Shown: positions 39,318 through 49,870, numbered from the stretch's first letter. The stretch is DNA of 64,000 nucleotides from Oligoflexia bacterium (GCA_030432875.1 JAUILP010000007.1:3710-67709); one strand, 5' to 3'. The notes: generated from the sequence alone by a model not told the origin. Numbers and translations are program-made.

Positions 39318-39369
39318 CCCCGATCTCAGAGCATCAGAGACCTGTGATGCGCATTAAAACCAAGTATGT
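39318..39369 (-). repeat. Right copy of the 52-bp inverted repeat
   Basis: 43/52 identical, in inverted orientation, to 37269-37320. Confidence 0.75.
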
Positions 39370-39388
39370 AAAAAAACTAGCATGTCAG

Positions 39389-40738
39389 CTAAATAAGCTT
39401 TTGCCTAATCTCTGCCAAAGCGTTTTTCGCTGATTGCAATGAGGTTCCGCCACTATTTTGCCTAAGTTCAACGGCTGATTCAAAATTAAGCTTATGACCT
39501 CCGAGGCATTCTCTTACTTCTTCTAACTCATGAATTTGGAGATTCCTATTATCAGCAAGTGCCACAAATTCGGCTGTTTTTTTATAAGCATCACGAAAGC
39601 CTAGCCCCTTTTTCGTAAGGGAATTTGCCACTTCGGTCGCAAGAATGTGGCCTTTGTTTTTTAAACTGCTTATAGCGGTTTCTTCTACCGCTAATTCATG
39701 GCAAAACGGCGCCAATATTTTTAGGCAAATCACGGATTCATCAAAGCTGCGCATAACGGTACGTTTTAGTTCATGGAGGTCGCTACCATAACTCGGTACC
39801 ACTGAGCTTACCAAATTTGCTCCCTCGCTTGCCGCTGCTATAACACGCGCCATTTTAGCGCGGGTGATTTCAAGGACATCGGGATTGCGTTTGTTGGGCA
39901 TAATTGAGCTGCCTGTCGACCAATTCTGAGGAAGTCGCAGTAGGCCCACTGCTGTAGAAGATAAAAACATGATTTCGTTGGAAAGACGACTTAAATGGCC
40001 TGCCGTCAAGGAAAGAGCGTTTAGGAGTTCGAGCATAAAATCTCGGTCACCCACGGCATCATATGAGTGCTGACAGCTGCGCTGAAAACCAAGTTCCTTG
40101 GCGATCAAGTCTAAGTCTATGGGGAGATGTGTTCCAGAAAAAGCTGCTGCTCCAAGAGGTAAAGCCTCTAGGCAAATGCTTTTTATCGATTCAAAGCGAT
40201 GGAGGTCACGTGAAAGAGCAAAAGCATGAGCTGAAAACATATGTCCTAAACGAATAGGCTGCCCAGACTGTAGGTGGGTCATACCGGGCACAATGTGTTT
40301 AAGCCACGCCTCACTTTTGTTGACCACGACTTTGCCGAGTTCCTTAGTAAGTCCGACAAGATTCTGCGCACATTCTGCGACAAATAATCGCAGCGAGGTG
40401 GCGATGAGATCATTGCGGGAACGACCATAATGGATTTTTTTACCGAGTTCTCCAAGCTCGCCTGTGACAAACCTTTCGAGATTCATGTGAATATCTTCTT
40501 CCTGAATCCGCCAGTCAAACGCGCCCTGTTCTATAAGTGTTTTTGCTTTGTTTAGGGTGGTCTTGACACTCTGCCATTCTGATTCTGATAAATATCCACA
40601 GGATATTAACCCTTTTGCCCAGGCTAACTGCACCGCAATTTCTTGGCTGAAGAACTTGATGTCAACATCTAATCCTTGGGTAAAATTAACAAGTTCGATG
40701 TTTTTTTCACTATTGACCGAGGTGCTGAGTATTTGCAT
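39389..40738 (-). CDS. argH: Argininosuccinate lyase
   Basis: EDIH, GRSRND, PGMTHLQ, GSSIMPNKRNPD. Confidence 0.96.
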   Translation of the reverse strand: MQILSTSVNSEKNIELVNFTQGLDVDIKFFSQEIAVQLAWAKGLISCGYLSESEWQSVKTTLNKAKTLIEQGAFDWRIQEEDIHMNLERFVTGELGELGKKIHYGRSRNDLIATSLRLFVAECAQNLVGLTKELGKVVVNKSEAWLKHIVPGMTHLQSGQPIRLGHMFSAHAFALSRDLHRFESIKSICLEALPLGAAAFSGTHLPIDLDLIAKELGFQRSCQHSYDAVGDRDFMLELLNALSLTAGHLSRLSNEIMFLSSTAVGLLRLPQNWSTGSSIMPNKRNPDVLEITRAKMARVIAAASEGANLVSSVVPSYGSDLHELKRTVMRSFDESVICLKILAPFCHELAVEETAISSLKNKGHILATEVANSLTKKGLGFRDAYKKTAEFVALADNRNLQIHELEEVRECLGGHKLNFESAVELRQNSGGTSLQSAKNALAEIRQKLI

Positions 40739-40849
40739 AAGGTTCTCAAAAATATGGTAGGTTTTCTCTGTAAAGCGCCGCAGTCTTGAGGAGAAAGTAC
40801 CTCTAACAAGATGCGAGGGATCCCCCCCCCAGAATTACCACGGAATCTA

Positions 40850-42052
40850 CTATTTCGCCATGACTTTCCCGGCGAGCCAATGCGAATATTTCTCAATATG
40901 ACAGTGGCCTTTGGCGGCACTATTTAAATCAAATGTGTCTTCTTCAAAACTCACCAAGGCCTGATTATATAGAGAATAGGGGCTTTGCCGTTTCATAACA
41001 AAAATATGGCCACCCACGAGCTCTAGAACAATTTCTCCACACAAGTTTGTCGATGCTTGATTGAAAAACGCTTCGAGTGAAAGTCTAGCATCAGTATGCC
41101 ATAGTCCATCATAGATAAAGGCTCCGTATTTGTCAGCCAAAGAACTCGCCAGCGAGGCAAGGTCGCGGTTCCAACAAATCTGCTTAATGGCTTTGGTTGC
41201 TGCATAAAGTATAGTGCCGCCAGGTGTTTCATAAATGCCTCGGCTTTTTATGCCGTTCATGCGTTCTTCGACCAAATCAACAATACCGATGCCTTGGGCG
41301 CTGCCGAGATCATTGAGGGTTTCCAGTATTTTTCTCGGTGTTAACGGGACACCATTAAGAGAAACAGCGAAACCTTTCTCGAAACCAAGCGTTATGACAA
41401 CCGATGCCTTTGCATCAGTTTTTGAGGGAGGACAGATTAACTCCAAGACCTCTTCTTTATCAAAGGGCATACCGATATCCTCGAGGATGCCGCCCTCACA
41501 CGAACGATGAAAAAGGTTAGCATCGACGCTATATTTAGGGTCGATTTCCCCTTGGTATTCATAGGCGTGAGACTTTAAATACTGTACGAGTTGCTGACGT
41601 CCCTTAAAGTCCCATTCCTTCCAGGGTGCGATGACTTTGATTTCCGGAGCCAGGTAGGCCCAGGCTTTTTCAAAGCGCAGTTGATCATTGCCTTTACCTG
41701 TTGCGCCGTGGGCAATGGCAAACACCCCCAAATCCTTAGCAACCGCAGCGACTCTAGCGGCTTGCAAAGGTCTTGCAATCGCGGTCCCGAGCAAATAGTC
41801 GTCTTGATAGGTGGCACCGGCTCGGGCCATGGGATAAACATAATCTTGAACAAAGTCGTCGCGTTTATCCTCAAAGAAAAACTCTTTTGCTCCAAGCCTT
41901 AAAGCGCGTTCCTTTAATATCTTTTCGTCAGGAAGATTGCCCACATCACAGCAATACGCATAAATATCCGCATTATAGGTTTCCTTTAACCACGGAATTA
42001 TGGCTGAGGTATCAAGGCCGCCTGAATAGGCTAAGAGTATTTTTTGAGGCAT
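40850..42052 (-). CDS. argG: Argininosuccinate synthase
   Basis: AYSGGLDTS, HGATGKGNDQLRF, KSRGIYETPG. Confidence 0.97.
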   Translation of the reverse strand: MPQKILLAYSGGLDTSAIIPWLKETYNADIYAYCCDVGNLPDEKILKERALRLGAKEFFFEDKRDDFVQDYVYPMARAGATYQDDYLLGTAIARPLQAARVAAVAKDLGVFAIAHGATGKGNDQLRFEKAWAYLAPEIKVIAPWKEWDFKGRQQLVQYLKSHAYEYQGEIDPKYSVDANLFHRSCEGGILEDIGMPFDKEEVLELICPPSKTDAKASVVITLGFEKGFAVSLNGVPLTPRKILETLNDLGSAQGIGIVDLVEERMNGIKSRGIYETPGGTILYAATKAIKQICWNRDLASLASSLADKYGAFIYDGLWHTDARLSLEAFFNQASTNLCGEIVLELVGGHIFVMKRQSPYSLYNQALVSFEEDTFDLNSAAKGHCHIEKYSHWLAGKVMAK

Positions 42053-42186
42053 ATTATGCTTCCTTTGCTTTTAAAAATAACAGTGATAATTAAAATTCAG
42101 AGATAAACCCATTCACGCTACTTATTTCGATTTGGTGGATCCCTTGCTCATAACAATGTCAAAAACCATGGAAATTTACAATGGTC

Positions 42187-42225
42187 ATTTTGCATAATAT
42201 GCATTATTTTGCATAAATATGCATT
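42187..42225. promoter_or_regulatory. Tandem ARG boxes (ArgR operators) between divergent argG and argR
   Basis: TGCAT-AAT-ATGCA (42191-42203) and TGCAT-AAAT-ATGCA (42210-42223). Confidence 0.75.
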
Positions 42226-42269
42226 GGGTGTCTTTCTTAAAACCGATAAGCTGCGAAAATGAGTCTTTG

Positions 42270-42737
42270 ATGGAAATTGCCAAAAAAAGAAAAATGCAGG
42301 AGGTCTTACGAAATCTTATCAACTCCGGTTTTAAAGGGACCCAAGAAGATTTGTGTGAGGTGCTACAAAAGCGTGGGTTTGATGTCACTCAGTCAACGGT
42401 GTCAAGAGCGCTTAAAAAAATGGGCGTGGTAAAATCACAAGGCATTGAAGGAAATAAGTATTTACTCCAACCCGCAACCCCTTTTACGGCGCGGTTTGAC
42501 GGAAGTCTTGCTGGATTAGTGACTTCTTTTCGTCACAATGGGAGTATTATCGTTTTAAAAACACGTCCCGGATCTGCTATGTTTATTGCGGGATATATCG
42601 ATCATCATTTCGCAGCGGATATACTGGGGAGCATAGCGGGTGATGATACCTTATTTGTTGCACCGGTAAATTGTCGTCAGATAGAAGAAACCATTAAAAA
42701 AATGCGTTCCTTTCTTTTTGAAGAGCCGGTAGGGTGA
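42270..42737 (+). CDS. argR: Arginine repressor
   Basis: TQEDL, VTQSTVSRAL, KTRPGSA, GSIAGDDT. Confidence 0.95.
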   Translation: MEIAKKRKMQEVLRNLINSGFKGTQEDLCEVLQKRGFDVTQSTVSRALKKMGVVKSQGIEGNKYLLQPATPFTARFDGSLAGLVTSFRHNGSIIVLKTRPGSAMFIAGYIDHHFAADILGSIAGDDTLFVAPVNCRQIEETIKKMRSFLFEEPVG

Positions 42738-42753
42738 TCTATCTGTAGCAAAT

Positions 42754-43239
42754 CTAACCGGCTTTAATCAAGGTGTTATGGATGGCATCCAACATGAAAT
42801 CAACATCAAACGGCTTGACAATATATTTCTGAGCGCCTAAGCGCAGTCCTTTTTCTATGTCTTCCGGTGACTTTTGTGCCGAGACAAAAAATAACGGGAT
42901 ATCTTTTAGGGTGCGATGAGACTTTATAAGACCTGCGAGTTCAAAACCATCAACCCAAGGAAGATTGATATCGAGAAGAATTAAGTTCAAAATTCGTGTA
43001 TCAACCGCAGCAGAAAGTTCAATGCCATCCTTAACCGTAAGGACATTGTACCCCGCTTTCTCTAGTAGACGTTTTAAAGCCGCACGCATGAGTTCGTCAT
43101 CATCGACCACCAAAATATTGGGGACCTCAATTTCTTTTTTTACGGTACGAAATTCAGCAAGGCTGACGATTTTTTCTCGCGCTATTTTCTCGCGTGTTAT
43201 ATTTTCTATTTTTTTGCGAAACGTTTTATCATCGATCAT
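42754..43239 (-). CDS. Single-domain response regulator with an N-terminal extension
   Basis: LVVDDD, LLDINLP (phospho-Asp), VSA, KPF. Confidence 0.9.
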   Translation of the reverse strand: MIDDKTFRKKIENITREKIAREKIVSLAEFRTVKKEIEVPNILVVDDDELMRAALKRLLEKAGYNVLTVKDGIELSAAVDTRILNLILLDINLPWVDGFELAGLIKSHRTLKDIPLFFVSAQKSPEDIEKGLRLGAQKYIVKPFDVDFMLDAIHNTLIKAG

Positions 43240-43294
43240 GATATTAATATCCTGTTGTGTGACTTCAGAGATATGTTTATAAGTACTACTATCT

Positions 43295-43321
43295 TCTTCG
43301 GCTAAAATTAACTTTGCATGA
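43295..43321 (-). promoter_or_regulatory. Sigma28-like promoter for the response regulator
   Basis: TCATG-N14-GCCGAAGA on the minus strand. Confidence 0.35.
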
Positions 43322-43378
43322 GGGGCGGCGCGTGAGGAGTAAAAAAATAATAAAAATATTATTTATAATCAACTAATT

Positions 43379-44866
43379 ATGAAATCAATAACCCTGCCAT
43401 GGGCTACGCCCACCCTGTCAAAGCAGCCAAGTTTTACCCGTCAAGAAACAGAGCGGTTTTCTTGGCTAACGCGCCTCTCTGACATTAGAAAACCTAGGAA
43501 GGCTCTGTTTTTAAACCTTGCCAAACAACTCAAATGGCCGAGCGAGGTTTTTACTATTTTGGATCTAGCTTTTAAAAGTGGCCTCACCCGCCATTATATT
43601 TGGGATTTACAGGGCATTCCAGCCAACCTTCTGCCTGCCTTTGGTTTTGCCATGGGTTTATTTAAACGAGGTGTGACTAGTCATACTAAGGATCCATTCT
43701 GGTCACCTTTAAAGACCCCCGCCGGAGAATGCCAGATTGATATCGTTTCTTCGGGTGAGGCACTAAATTCAGTGGGCGTCTCCAGGGCGTTGGGGTATAC
43801 CCAGGACCAAATAAATTCTTTGGCTGACCTGTGCACGGTTATTGATGAAAATATTCTAGACCTTTATGCGTCAGTTTTTAAAGATAACGGGCAAATTATT
43901 GTCATTGAGCCTACAGAAAAAAACAAATCATGGAGTCAGGTCTCCCGGATTTTATCTCATTGGCTAGACCTTGGTTCGCCTAAAAATTGGTTAATTGTCG
44001 GCGGTGGCATCACCTCAGATATTGCCATGTTTGCCGCCAGCTTGATTGGTGCCAATGTCACCATTTTGCCCACCACTTTACTCTCGATGATCGATGCGAG
44101 CACGGGTGGAAAAACGGGGATTAATTATTTTCCTTTTGGAAAAAATCAAATTGGGACTTTCTATTATCCTCAAAAAATCGTTGTAGCGCCAAAATTTTTG
44201 GAGACTCTCCCGAGAAGAGAGATCCTAAGCGGCGGAGCCGAAGGGCTAAAACATGCAATTCTTGGCTTAAACGAACCCCTGGCGGCAGAGCTTGCGCTAA
44301 GTTTAAAAGAGGACAACCGGACCGCCTTAGCTAACCTACTGGGTACCCTAATTGATACTAAGGTTAGCATCGTGGCGCAAGATTCTTTTGAGACACTCAA
44401 TATAAGAGATGCATTAAATATGGGACATACCCTAGCCCATGCCTTGGAAGCCTTCTCTCAAGAGAAAAAAGTACGCAATCCAATTCGCCATGGGGAAGCG
44501 GTGGCATTAGGGTTAGTATTTGATCTGCTTATCAGTGAAAAAAATGGTTTACTCAGTCAAAAAAAATTCTCTACATTTATGGATTTTATTAAGGAAAGCG
44601 GCGTACTTCTTTCAGTACCTGATTTGGGGAAAGCTCTTGGTCAAAAAAATAGGGGAACTCTGGCTACCGTGATCAACGAATTCCTACCCTATTTATTCAA
44701 TGACAAAAAAAATACGCTGCACAGCGGAAATTTTGCCAATATATTGTGGATTGTACCAACAGACCAGAAAGATTCGTTTCCATTTTTTAAAAAAGTTACC
44801 ATTACCCTAGGCCAAGCGCAAAGTATTTGGCAGCATTTGGTCTTTAATATTCTTACCCCAAAATAG
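43379..44866 (+). CDS. aroB: 3-dehydroquinate synthase family protein with an N-terminal extension
   Basis: GGGITSD, PTTLLSMIDASTGGKTGIN, KNQIGTFY, NMGHT, HGEAV, DKK. Confidence 0.85.
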   Translation: MKSITLPWATPTLSKQPSFTRQETERFSWLTRLSDIRKPRKALFLNLAKQLKWPSEVFTILDLAFKSGLTRHYIWDLQGIPANLLPAFGFAMGLFKRGVTSHTKDPFWSPLKTPAGECQIDIVSSGEALNSVGVSRALGYTQDQINSLADLCTVIDENILDLYASVFKDNGQIIVIEPTEKNKSWSQVSRILSHWLDLGSPKNWLIVGGGITSDIAMFAASLIGANVTILPTTLLSMIDASTGGKTGINYFPFGKNQIGTFYYPQKIVVAPKFLETLPRREILSGGAEGLKHAILGLNEPLAAELALSLKEDNRTALANLLGTLIDTKVSIVAQDSFETLNIRDALNMGHTLAHALEAFSQEKKVRNPIRHGEAVALGLVFDLLISEKNGLLSQKKFSTFMDFIKESGVLLSVPDLGKALGQKNRGTLATVINEFLPYLFNDKKNTLHSGNFANILWIVPTDQKDSFPFFKKVTITLGQAQSIWQHLVFNILTPK

Positions 44867-44996
44867 GACGTTTGCCCCTCTTCGGCCCGTAGAAAAGGGC
44901 AGGAGGAGACTGCTTAATTTTACCGCTGCGTTAATGGAGTGAAGCGGCAATGTGTAAAACCAAGAAAAAAATATTATTAGTCGGCAGAGTGGCTGA

Positions 44997-45584
44997 CTAG
45001 ACATAATTAAAATTCACCAAAAAATAAACCGTCTCAGCTAGGGTCGTTTCTAGGGCCAATTTTTTTATTTTTGTGGTGGGGATCACTAAGCTCTCATCTG
45101 CAGAAATCAGCGAACTCCATATGTTGGTGGTGATTGCCCCACTTAGGACATAAATAAAAATGATGTCAGCAATCTCGTGCGCATTATCCAGGACTGGATA
45201 TCTACCACGCTCAACCGACAATGTCGCCTTAACCTTGTTATCTTTTGTCATGACGTTGAAATCAGTTGCCTCTCCCTTTGTCAGCATCGTAGCGAAAGTC
45301 TCTCTCTCGCCGCTAAAATTATACGGCTCCAGCGCCTTTAAAAGAACAGAATTACCGTTCTCATGCTGCAATTTGATATGAGGGCCGGATAGATTCATGA
45401 TAATGCGCTCAATTCCAGGAAAAAGGGAAAAAGGTCCATTTGAATTGATTTTTGCCATGCTAATGCGCCAATCAAAGTCTTGTGAGCTAGGATCAGCGTA
45501 TATTTCTGTTGTGCTGCCGCCGCCATTTTTCCACGGCATAACCCGGTACATATTAGGTTTGAGATGGGTAACTTGCGCTATCAT
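44997..45584 (-). CDS. HutD/Ves family protein
   Basis: MPWKNGGGSTTEI, FDWRISMA, FSLFPG, DFNVM. Confidence 0.9.
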   Translation of the reverse strand: MIAQVTHLKPNMYRVMPWKNGGGSTTEIYADPSSQDFDWRISMAKINSNGPFSLFPGIERIIMNLSGPHIKLQHENGNSVLLKALEPYNFSGERETFATMLTKGEATDFNVMTKDNKVKATLSVERGRYPVLDNAHEIADIIFIYVLSGAITTNIWSSLISADESLVIPTTKIKKLALETTLAETVYFLVNFNYV

Positions 45585-45643
45585 GAAACCAACATCTAAT
45601 GGTAAAAAGTGAGAAGATTGATAGTTTTATCAGAGTTATCGTC

Positions 45644-46513
45644 CTAGGTGATTTCTAAAAAACTCTTAATGCAGGTCGCAGTTTTTTCAGCTTCATCCAT
45701 ATGAACATGATGACCGCCTTTGAGGACGGTATGCTGAATATTTGATTTGGCTTTGAACTTCGCGTTTTCGATTTGTTCTTTGACAAACTCGGCGCCATTT
45801 TTCCCCATAATCACAAGCGTTGGAGTGTTTAATCGCTCTAGGTGATAGTCAAGCTGAGCATAGGTGAGGCTACCAAGGGGGATTTTAATGCGTGGGTCGA
45901 TTGCCCAGGTGAAACAATTTTTTTTTCGGGGATGAATTTTTACATTTCGCTGCGCAATGAGTTTGGCATTTGCCTGGGACATATCTCCGGCAGCCCTCCG
46001 CAGTGATGCAGCTTCATCTTCACTCGTGATCTCTTTAACAGGCCATTCTTTCATACGCGACTGGTATAATTTTGTCGCCTTTTTTTCATAATAATATAAA
46101 TCATGTCCCATCGGAAAAAGCGCCTCAATAAGGCAGAGTTTCTCAAAACGCTCAGGAAACATACTCGCCATAAGCCCCGATAAAGCCGCTCCCATCGAAT
46201 GAGAAACCGTGGTAATTTTATCGATACCGAGCGCATCTGCGAGGTGCAAAATACTGAGACCCCAATCTAAAAAATTATAGCTTGCTCCAACGCCGATATG
46301 AGCAGATTTACCATGACCGCTCAAATCAAAGCTCCAAACAGCATAATCTGACGCTAATAAAGGCCCAAGCGGAATAAAGGAAGCAGAATTATCTTGCCAG
46401 CCATGAAAACACAAAATTGGTTTATTATGTTTCTTTCCCCAAAAAAGCCCTTCATAATTTAGTCCTGTGGCAGGAACAAAAACCTGTATAGGCTTTCCCG
46501 AGTTTGAATTCAT
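45644..46513 (-). CDS. Alpha/beta hydrolase
   Basis: HGWQDN, DLSGHGKS, SHSMGA nucleophile, GGHHVH. Confidence 0.92.
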   Translation of the reverse strand: MNSNSGKPIQVFVPATGLNYEGLFWGKKHNKPILCFHGWQDNSASFIPLGPLLASDYAVWSFDLSGHGKSAHIGVGASYNFLDWGLSILHLADALGIDKITTVSHSMGAALSGLMASMFPERFEKLCLIEALFPMGHDLYYYEKKATKLYQSRMKEWPVKEITSEDEAASLRRAAGDMSQANAKLIAQRNVKIHPRKKNCFTWAIDPRIKIPLGSLTYAQLDYHLERLNTPTLVIMGKNGAEFVKEQIENAKFKAKSNIQHTVLKGGHHVHMDEAEKTATCIKSFLEIT

Positions 46514-46530
46514 AACGACCTCATTTGGAT

Positions 46531-46557
46531 AAAAAAAAACCGGGCTAAACCCGGTTC
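46531..46557 (-). terminator. Intrinsic terminator of the HU-like gene
   Basis: Minus strand AACCGGG-TTTAG-CCCGGTT plus poly-T. Confidence 0.75.
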
Positions 46558-46583
46558 TAAAACTCTAATTGCTCAATTAAGAT

Positions 46584-46988
46584 TTATACTAAATCTTTTA
46601 AAGCTTTTAATGGACGAATACGAACGACATTGCGCGCAGGTTTTGCCTTAATTACCATTTCTTCACCGGTAAAAGGATTAACACCTTTGCGTGCTTTAGT
46701 CGCTGGCTTTTTCTTTACCATGACTTTCATCAGTCCTGGGATGGTAAATACACCGGCACCTTTGCTGATATCTAAGCCAATCATAGAAGAAAGACTCTCA
46801 AGAACTGCACCAACATCTTTTTTTGTGATTTCCGTTGCTGCCGCAATCGCTGTCATAATTTCTGACTTGGTGCGTGCTTTCTTGCTGACGGAAAGAGAAG
46901 CTGAAGATGCTTTCTTTGCTGGAGTTGCTTTCTTTGCTTTAGGAGCAGCCTTAGTTGCTTTTGCTTTGACTTTCTTTTTGGGAGCCAT
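46584..46988 (-). CDS. HU-family DNA-binding protein with a Lys/Ala-rich N-terminal tail
   Basis: TKSEI, KKDV, ARKGVNPFTGE, KAKPA. Confidence 0.9.
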   Translation of the reverse strand: MAPKKKVKAKATKAAPKAKKATPAKKASSASLSVSKKARTKSEIMTAIAAATEITKKDVGAVLESLSSMIGLDISKGAGVFTIPGLMKVMVKKKPATKARKGVNPFTGEEMVIKAKPARNVVRIRPLKALKDLV

Positions 46989-47151
46989 ACTTTTCTTCCT
47001 TAAAAAACATTTATATTAATAGTGAAAAACCCTCATCTAAATACGTTAAAGCTTAATAAAAGCAAAATCAAGTAAAACAACCATAAAATTTTTACCCAAA
47101 GTGCTTTTTTTTTGCTGCCAAATAGCTTTGACAAATTTAGCGGGTTTCAAA

Positions 47152-47179
47152 GAGGCGGGCCAAACCGAGGCCCAGCCTC
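47152..47179 (-). terminator. Hairpin after acnA
   Basis: GAGGC(T)GGGCC...GGCCCGCCTC followed by TTT on the minus strand. Confidence 0.5.
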
Positions 47180-47188
47180 AAAAAATCG

Positions 47189-49870
47189 CTAAGAAACAAG
47201 TTGCCTCAGAACATAATGCAAAATTCCGCCATTCTTTAAGTAGCTCAGCTCATTTTCAGTATCGACGCGGCAGCGTACTTTAATCGTCTCCTTGCGTGAA
47301 TCAGCTCTCGCGATCTGTAAAGATATCTCGGCGCGAGGCGTGAGACCTGATAAAGACTCAAAAGAAATGACTTCATCCCCTTTTAGGTTTAGGGTGGCCG
47401 CGGATTCTCCCGGACTGAATTCGAGCGGCAGTACGCCCATACCAATGAGATTAGAACGATGGATTCTTTCAAAGCTTTCCGCAATGACTGCTCTTACACC
47501 AAGCAAAAATGTGCCTTTGGCTGCCCAGTCTCGACTCGATCCGGTGCCATATTCTTTCCCGGCAAAGATCACCAAATTTTGCTGGCGCTCCTGATATTCC
47601 ATGGCGGCATCATAAATAGACATTTCCTTCTTTTCTGGCATCAAAAGGGTAAAACCACCTTCTTTACCATCAAGCATTTTATTTTTAATCCGAATATTGG
47701 CAAACGTTCCGCGCATCATTACCTCATGATTACCGCGTCGCGCACCAAAAGAATTAAAATCTTTTTTGGCGATGCCATGATTTTTTAAATAGGTTCCTGC
47801 GGGACTGTCTTCTTTGATTGAGCCTGCAGGTGAAATATGGTCTGTTGTGATGCTATCACCAAAAACGGCAAGGATCCGGGCATTTTTTATCTCAGTTATT
47901 CCGGGAGGGTTTTTCGGCATATTGGCAAAGAACGGTGGCCTACGTACATAAGTGCTTTTATCAGCCCAGACAAAACTCTTTCCCCCTGTTGTTTTAATAG
48001 CCTGCCATTTTTCCGGTCCCTCAAATACTTTAGCGTACCTTGTTCTAAACATTTCGGGGCTCAGTCCTTTATTCATGGCCGTATTGATCTCACTGGGACT
48101 AGGCCAAATGTCTTTTAAAAAAACAGGTTTTCCCGTTGTGTCCATACCAAGAGGCTCTTTAGTCAAATCCTTAAGGACATTTCCCGCTAAGGCATATGCC
48201 ACGACAAGGGGCGGTGATGCTAGAAAATTAGCTTTGATGTCAGGATTGATGCGGCCTTCAAAATTGCGGTTACCGGAGAGCACCGCAGCAGCGATCAATT
48301 GATTTTGATTAATGCTTTTTGAAATGGGATCAGATAAGGAACCAGAATTTCCGATACAGGTCGTACACCCATAGCCCACCAGATTGAATCCTAGGGCATC
48401 CAGCGATTTATCAAGACCTAACGCATGCAAGTAGTCTGTCACAACTTGAGAGCCAGGGGCTAATGAGGTTTTAACCCATGGTTTTGATTTTAACCCCAGT
48501 GCCACGGCTTTTTCTGCGAGCAAGCCTGCTGTAATAAGGACCGAAGGATTGGAGGTGTTTGTGCAGCTTGTAATAGCAGCAATGACCACCGAACCGTGTT
48601 TTAGTTCAAAATCAGCGCCTTCTACGGATGCTGTTTTATTTATCGCGCTTTCTTCAACCTTAAACGTTGTTTTTAAATCCTGGGCAAAGCGTTGCTGCGC
48701 TTCTCTAAGGACTATTCTATCTTGGGGGCGCTTGGGCCCGGCAATACAGGGTTCAATAGAACTGAGATCAACTGTTACGACGTCAGTGTATACAGGGTCA
48801 GCATCAGAAGGAATCCACCACAGCCCTTGTTCTTTGGCATAGGCTTCTACCAAAGCAATTTGCTCGGCAGAACGTCCCGTTAAACGAAGGTAGTTCAAGG
48901 TTTCCTCATCAATGGGGAAAAAACCACAGGTCGCACCATATTCTGGAGCCATGTTAGCAATAGTCGCGCGATCAGCTAAACTCAAGCCTTTTAAACCGGG
49001 TCCAAAGTATTCGACAAATTTATCGACTACGCCTCTTTTTCTTAAAGCTTCAGTGATAGTCAAAACCATATCCGTAGCCGTCACACCTGCACTGAGTTTT
49101 CCCTCAAGTTTCACACCGATTACTTCAGGAATTAGCATGGTTACAGGCTGATTGAGCATAGCCGCTTCTGCTTCAATACCGCCGACGCCCCAGCCCAGAA
49201 CACTCAGGCCATTGACCATTGTTGTATGGCTATCAGTACCCACCAATGTGTCCGGGTATGCCCACAATTTTCCGTCAACTTCTTGGGCAAAAACCACCTT
49301 GGCTAAATTTTCTAAATTAACTTGGTGACAAATGCCCGTGCCTGGGGGGACAACTTTAAAATTTTTAAAAGCACTTTGTGCCCAGCGCAAAAACTCATAA
49401 CGCTCACCATTGCGCTCAAACTCTAAACTCACATTTTTGCTAAAAGCATCAGCAGTACCAAAATTATCGACGGCGACAGAATGATCAATAACCAAATCGA
49501 CTGGGGAAAGGGGATTGATTTGATCCGGATCACCGCCGAGAGCTGTGACTGCTTCACGCATAGATGCTAAATCAACTACGGCAGGAACACCGGTAAAATC
49601 TTGCATAAGAACTCTTGCGGGATAGTAAGAGATTTCGTTGCGCGATTTTTTTTCTGTAAGCCACTGGGCAAAATTTCCGATATGTTCTTTGGTGACGGTA
49701 ATACCGTCTTCATGGCGGAGCAGGTTTTCAAGAAGGACTTTCAGAGACTTGGGGAGCTTTGCTGCGATCCCCGGTAGCTGAGCATCGAGGGCCTTTAAGC
49801 TAAAATATTGGTAGCTTTTCCCCCCTACCGATAATGATTTCATGGTCTTAAAACTATCGCGGCGCTTCAT
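47189..49870 (-). CDS. acnA: Aconitate hydratase A
   Basis: RVLMQDFTGVP, GTDSHT, SCTNTSNP, GCTTCIGNSG, GSSRDWAAKG. Confidence 0.98.
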   Translation of the reverse strand: MKRRDSFKTMKSLSVGGKSYQYFSLKALDAQLPGIAAKLPKSLKVLLENLLRHEDGITVTKEHIGNFAQWLTEKKSRNEISYYPARVLMQDFTGVPAVVDLASMREAVTALGGDPDQINPLSPVDLVIDHSVAVDNFGTADAFSKNVSLEFERNGERYEFLRWAQSAFKNFKVVPPGTGICHQVNLENLAKVVFAQEVDGKLWAYPDTLVGTDSHTTMVNGLSVLGWGVGGIEAEAAMLNQPVTMLIPEVIGVKLEGKLSAGVTATDMVLTITEALRKRGVVDKFVEYFGPGLKGLSLADRATIANMAPEYGATCGFFPIDEETLNYLRLTGRSAEQIALVEAYAKEQGLWWIPSDADPVYTDVVTVDLSSIEPCIAGPKRPQDRIVLREAQQRFAQDLKTTFKVEESAINKTASVEGADFELKHGSVVIAAITSCTNTSNPSVLITAGLLAEKAVALGLKSKPWVKTSLAPGSQVVTDYLHALGLDKSLDALGFNLVGYGCTTCIGNSGSLSDPISKSINQNQLIAAAVLSGNRNFEGRINPDIKANFLASPPLVVAYALAGNVLKDLTKEPLGMDTTGKPVFLKDIWPSPSEINTAMNKGLSPEMFRTRYAKVFEGPEKWQAIKTTGGKSFVWADKSTYVRRPPFFANMPKNPPGITEIKNARILAVFGDSITTDHISPAGSIKEDSPAGTYLKNHGIAKKDFNSFGARRGNHEVMMRGTFANIRIKNKMLDGKEGGFTLLMPEKKEMSIYDAAMEYQERQQNLVIFAGKEYGTGSSRDWAAKGTFLLGVRAVIAESFERIHRSNLIGMGVLPLEFSPGESAATLNLKGDEVISFESLSGLTPRAEISLQIARADSRKETIKVRCRVDTENELSYLKNGGILHYVLRQLVS

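Noticed and set aside
46630-47019. Short antisense or alternate-frame ORFs in the track (this one and many inside murJ, etfAB, the RND gene, lptD, acnA, argG, ilvA)
   Set aside because: They are shadows of well-supported genes and show no recognisable motifs.
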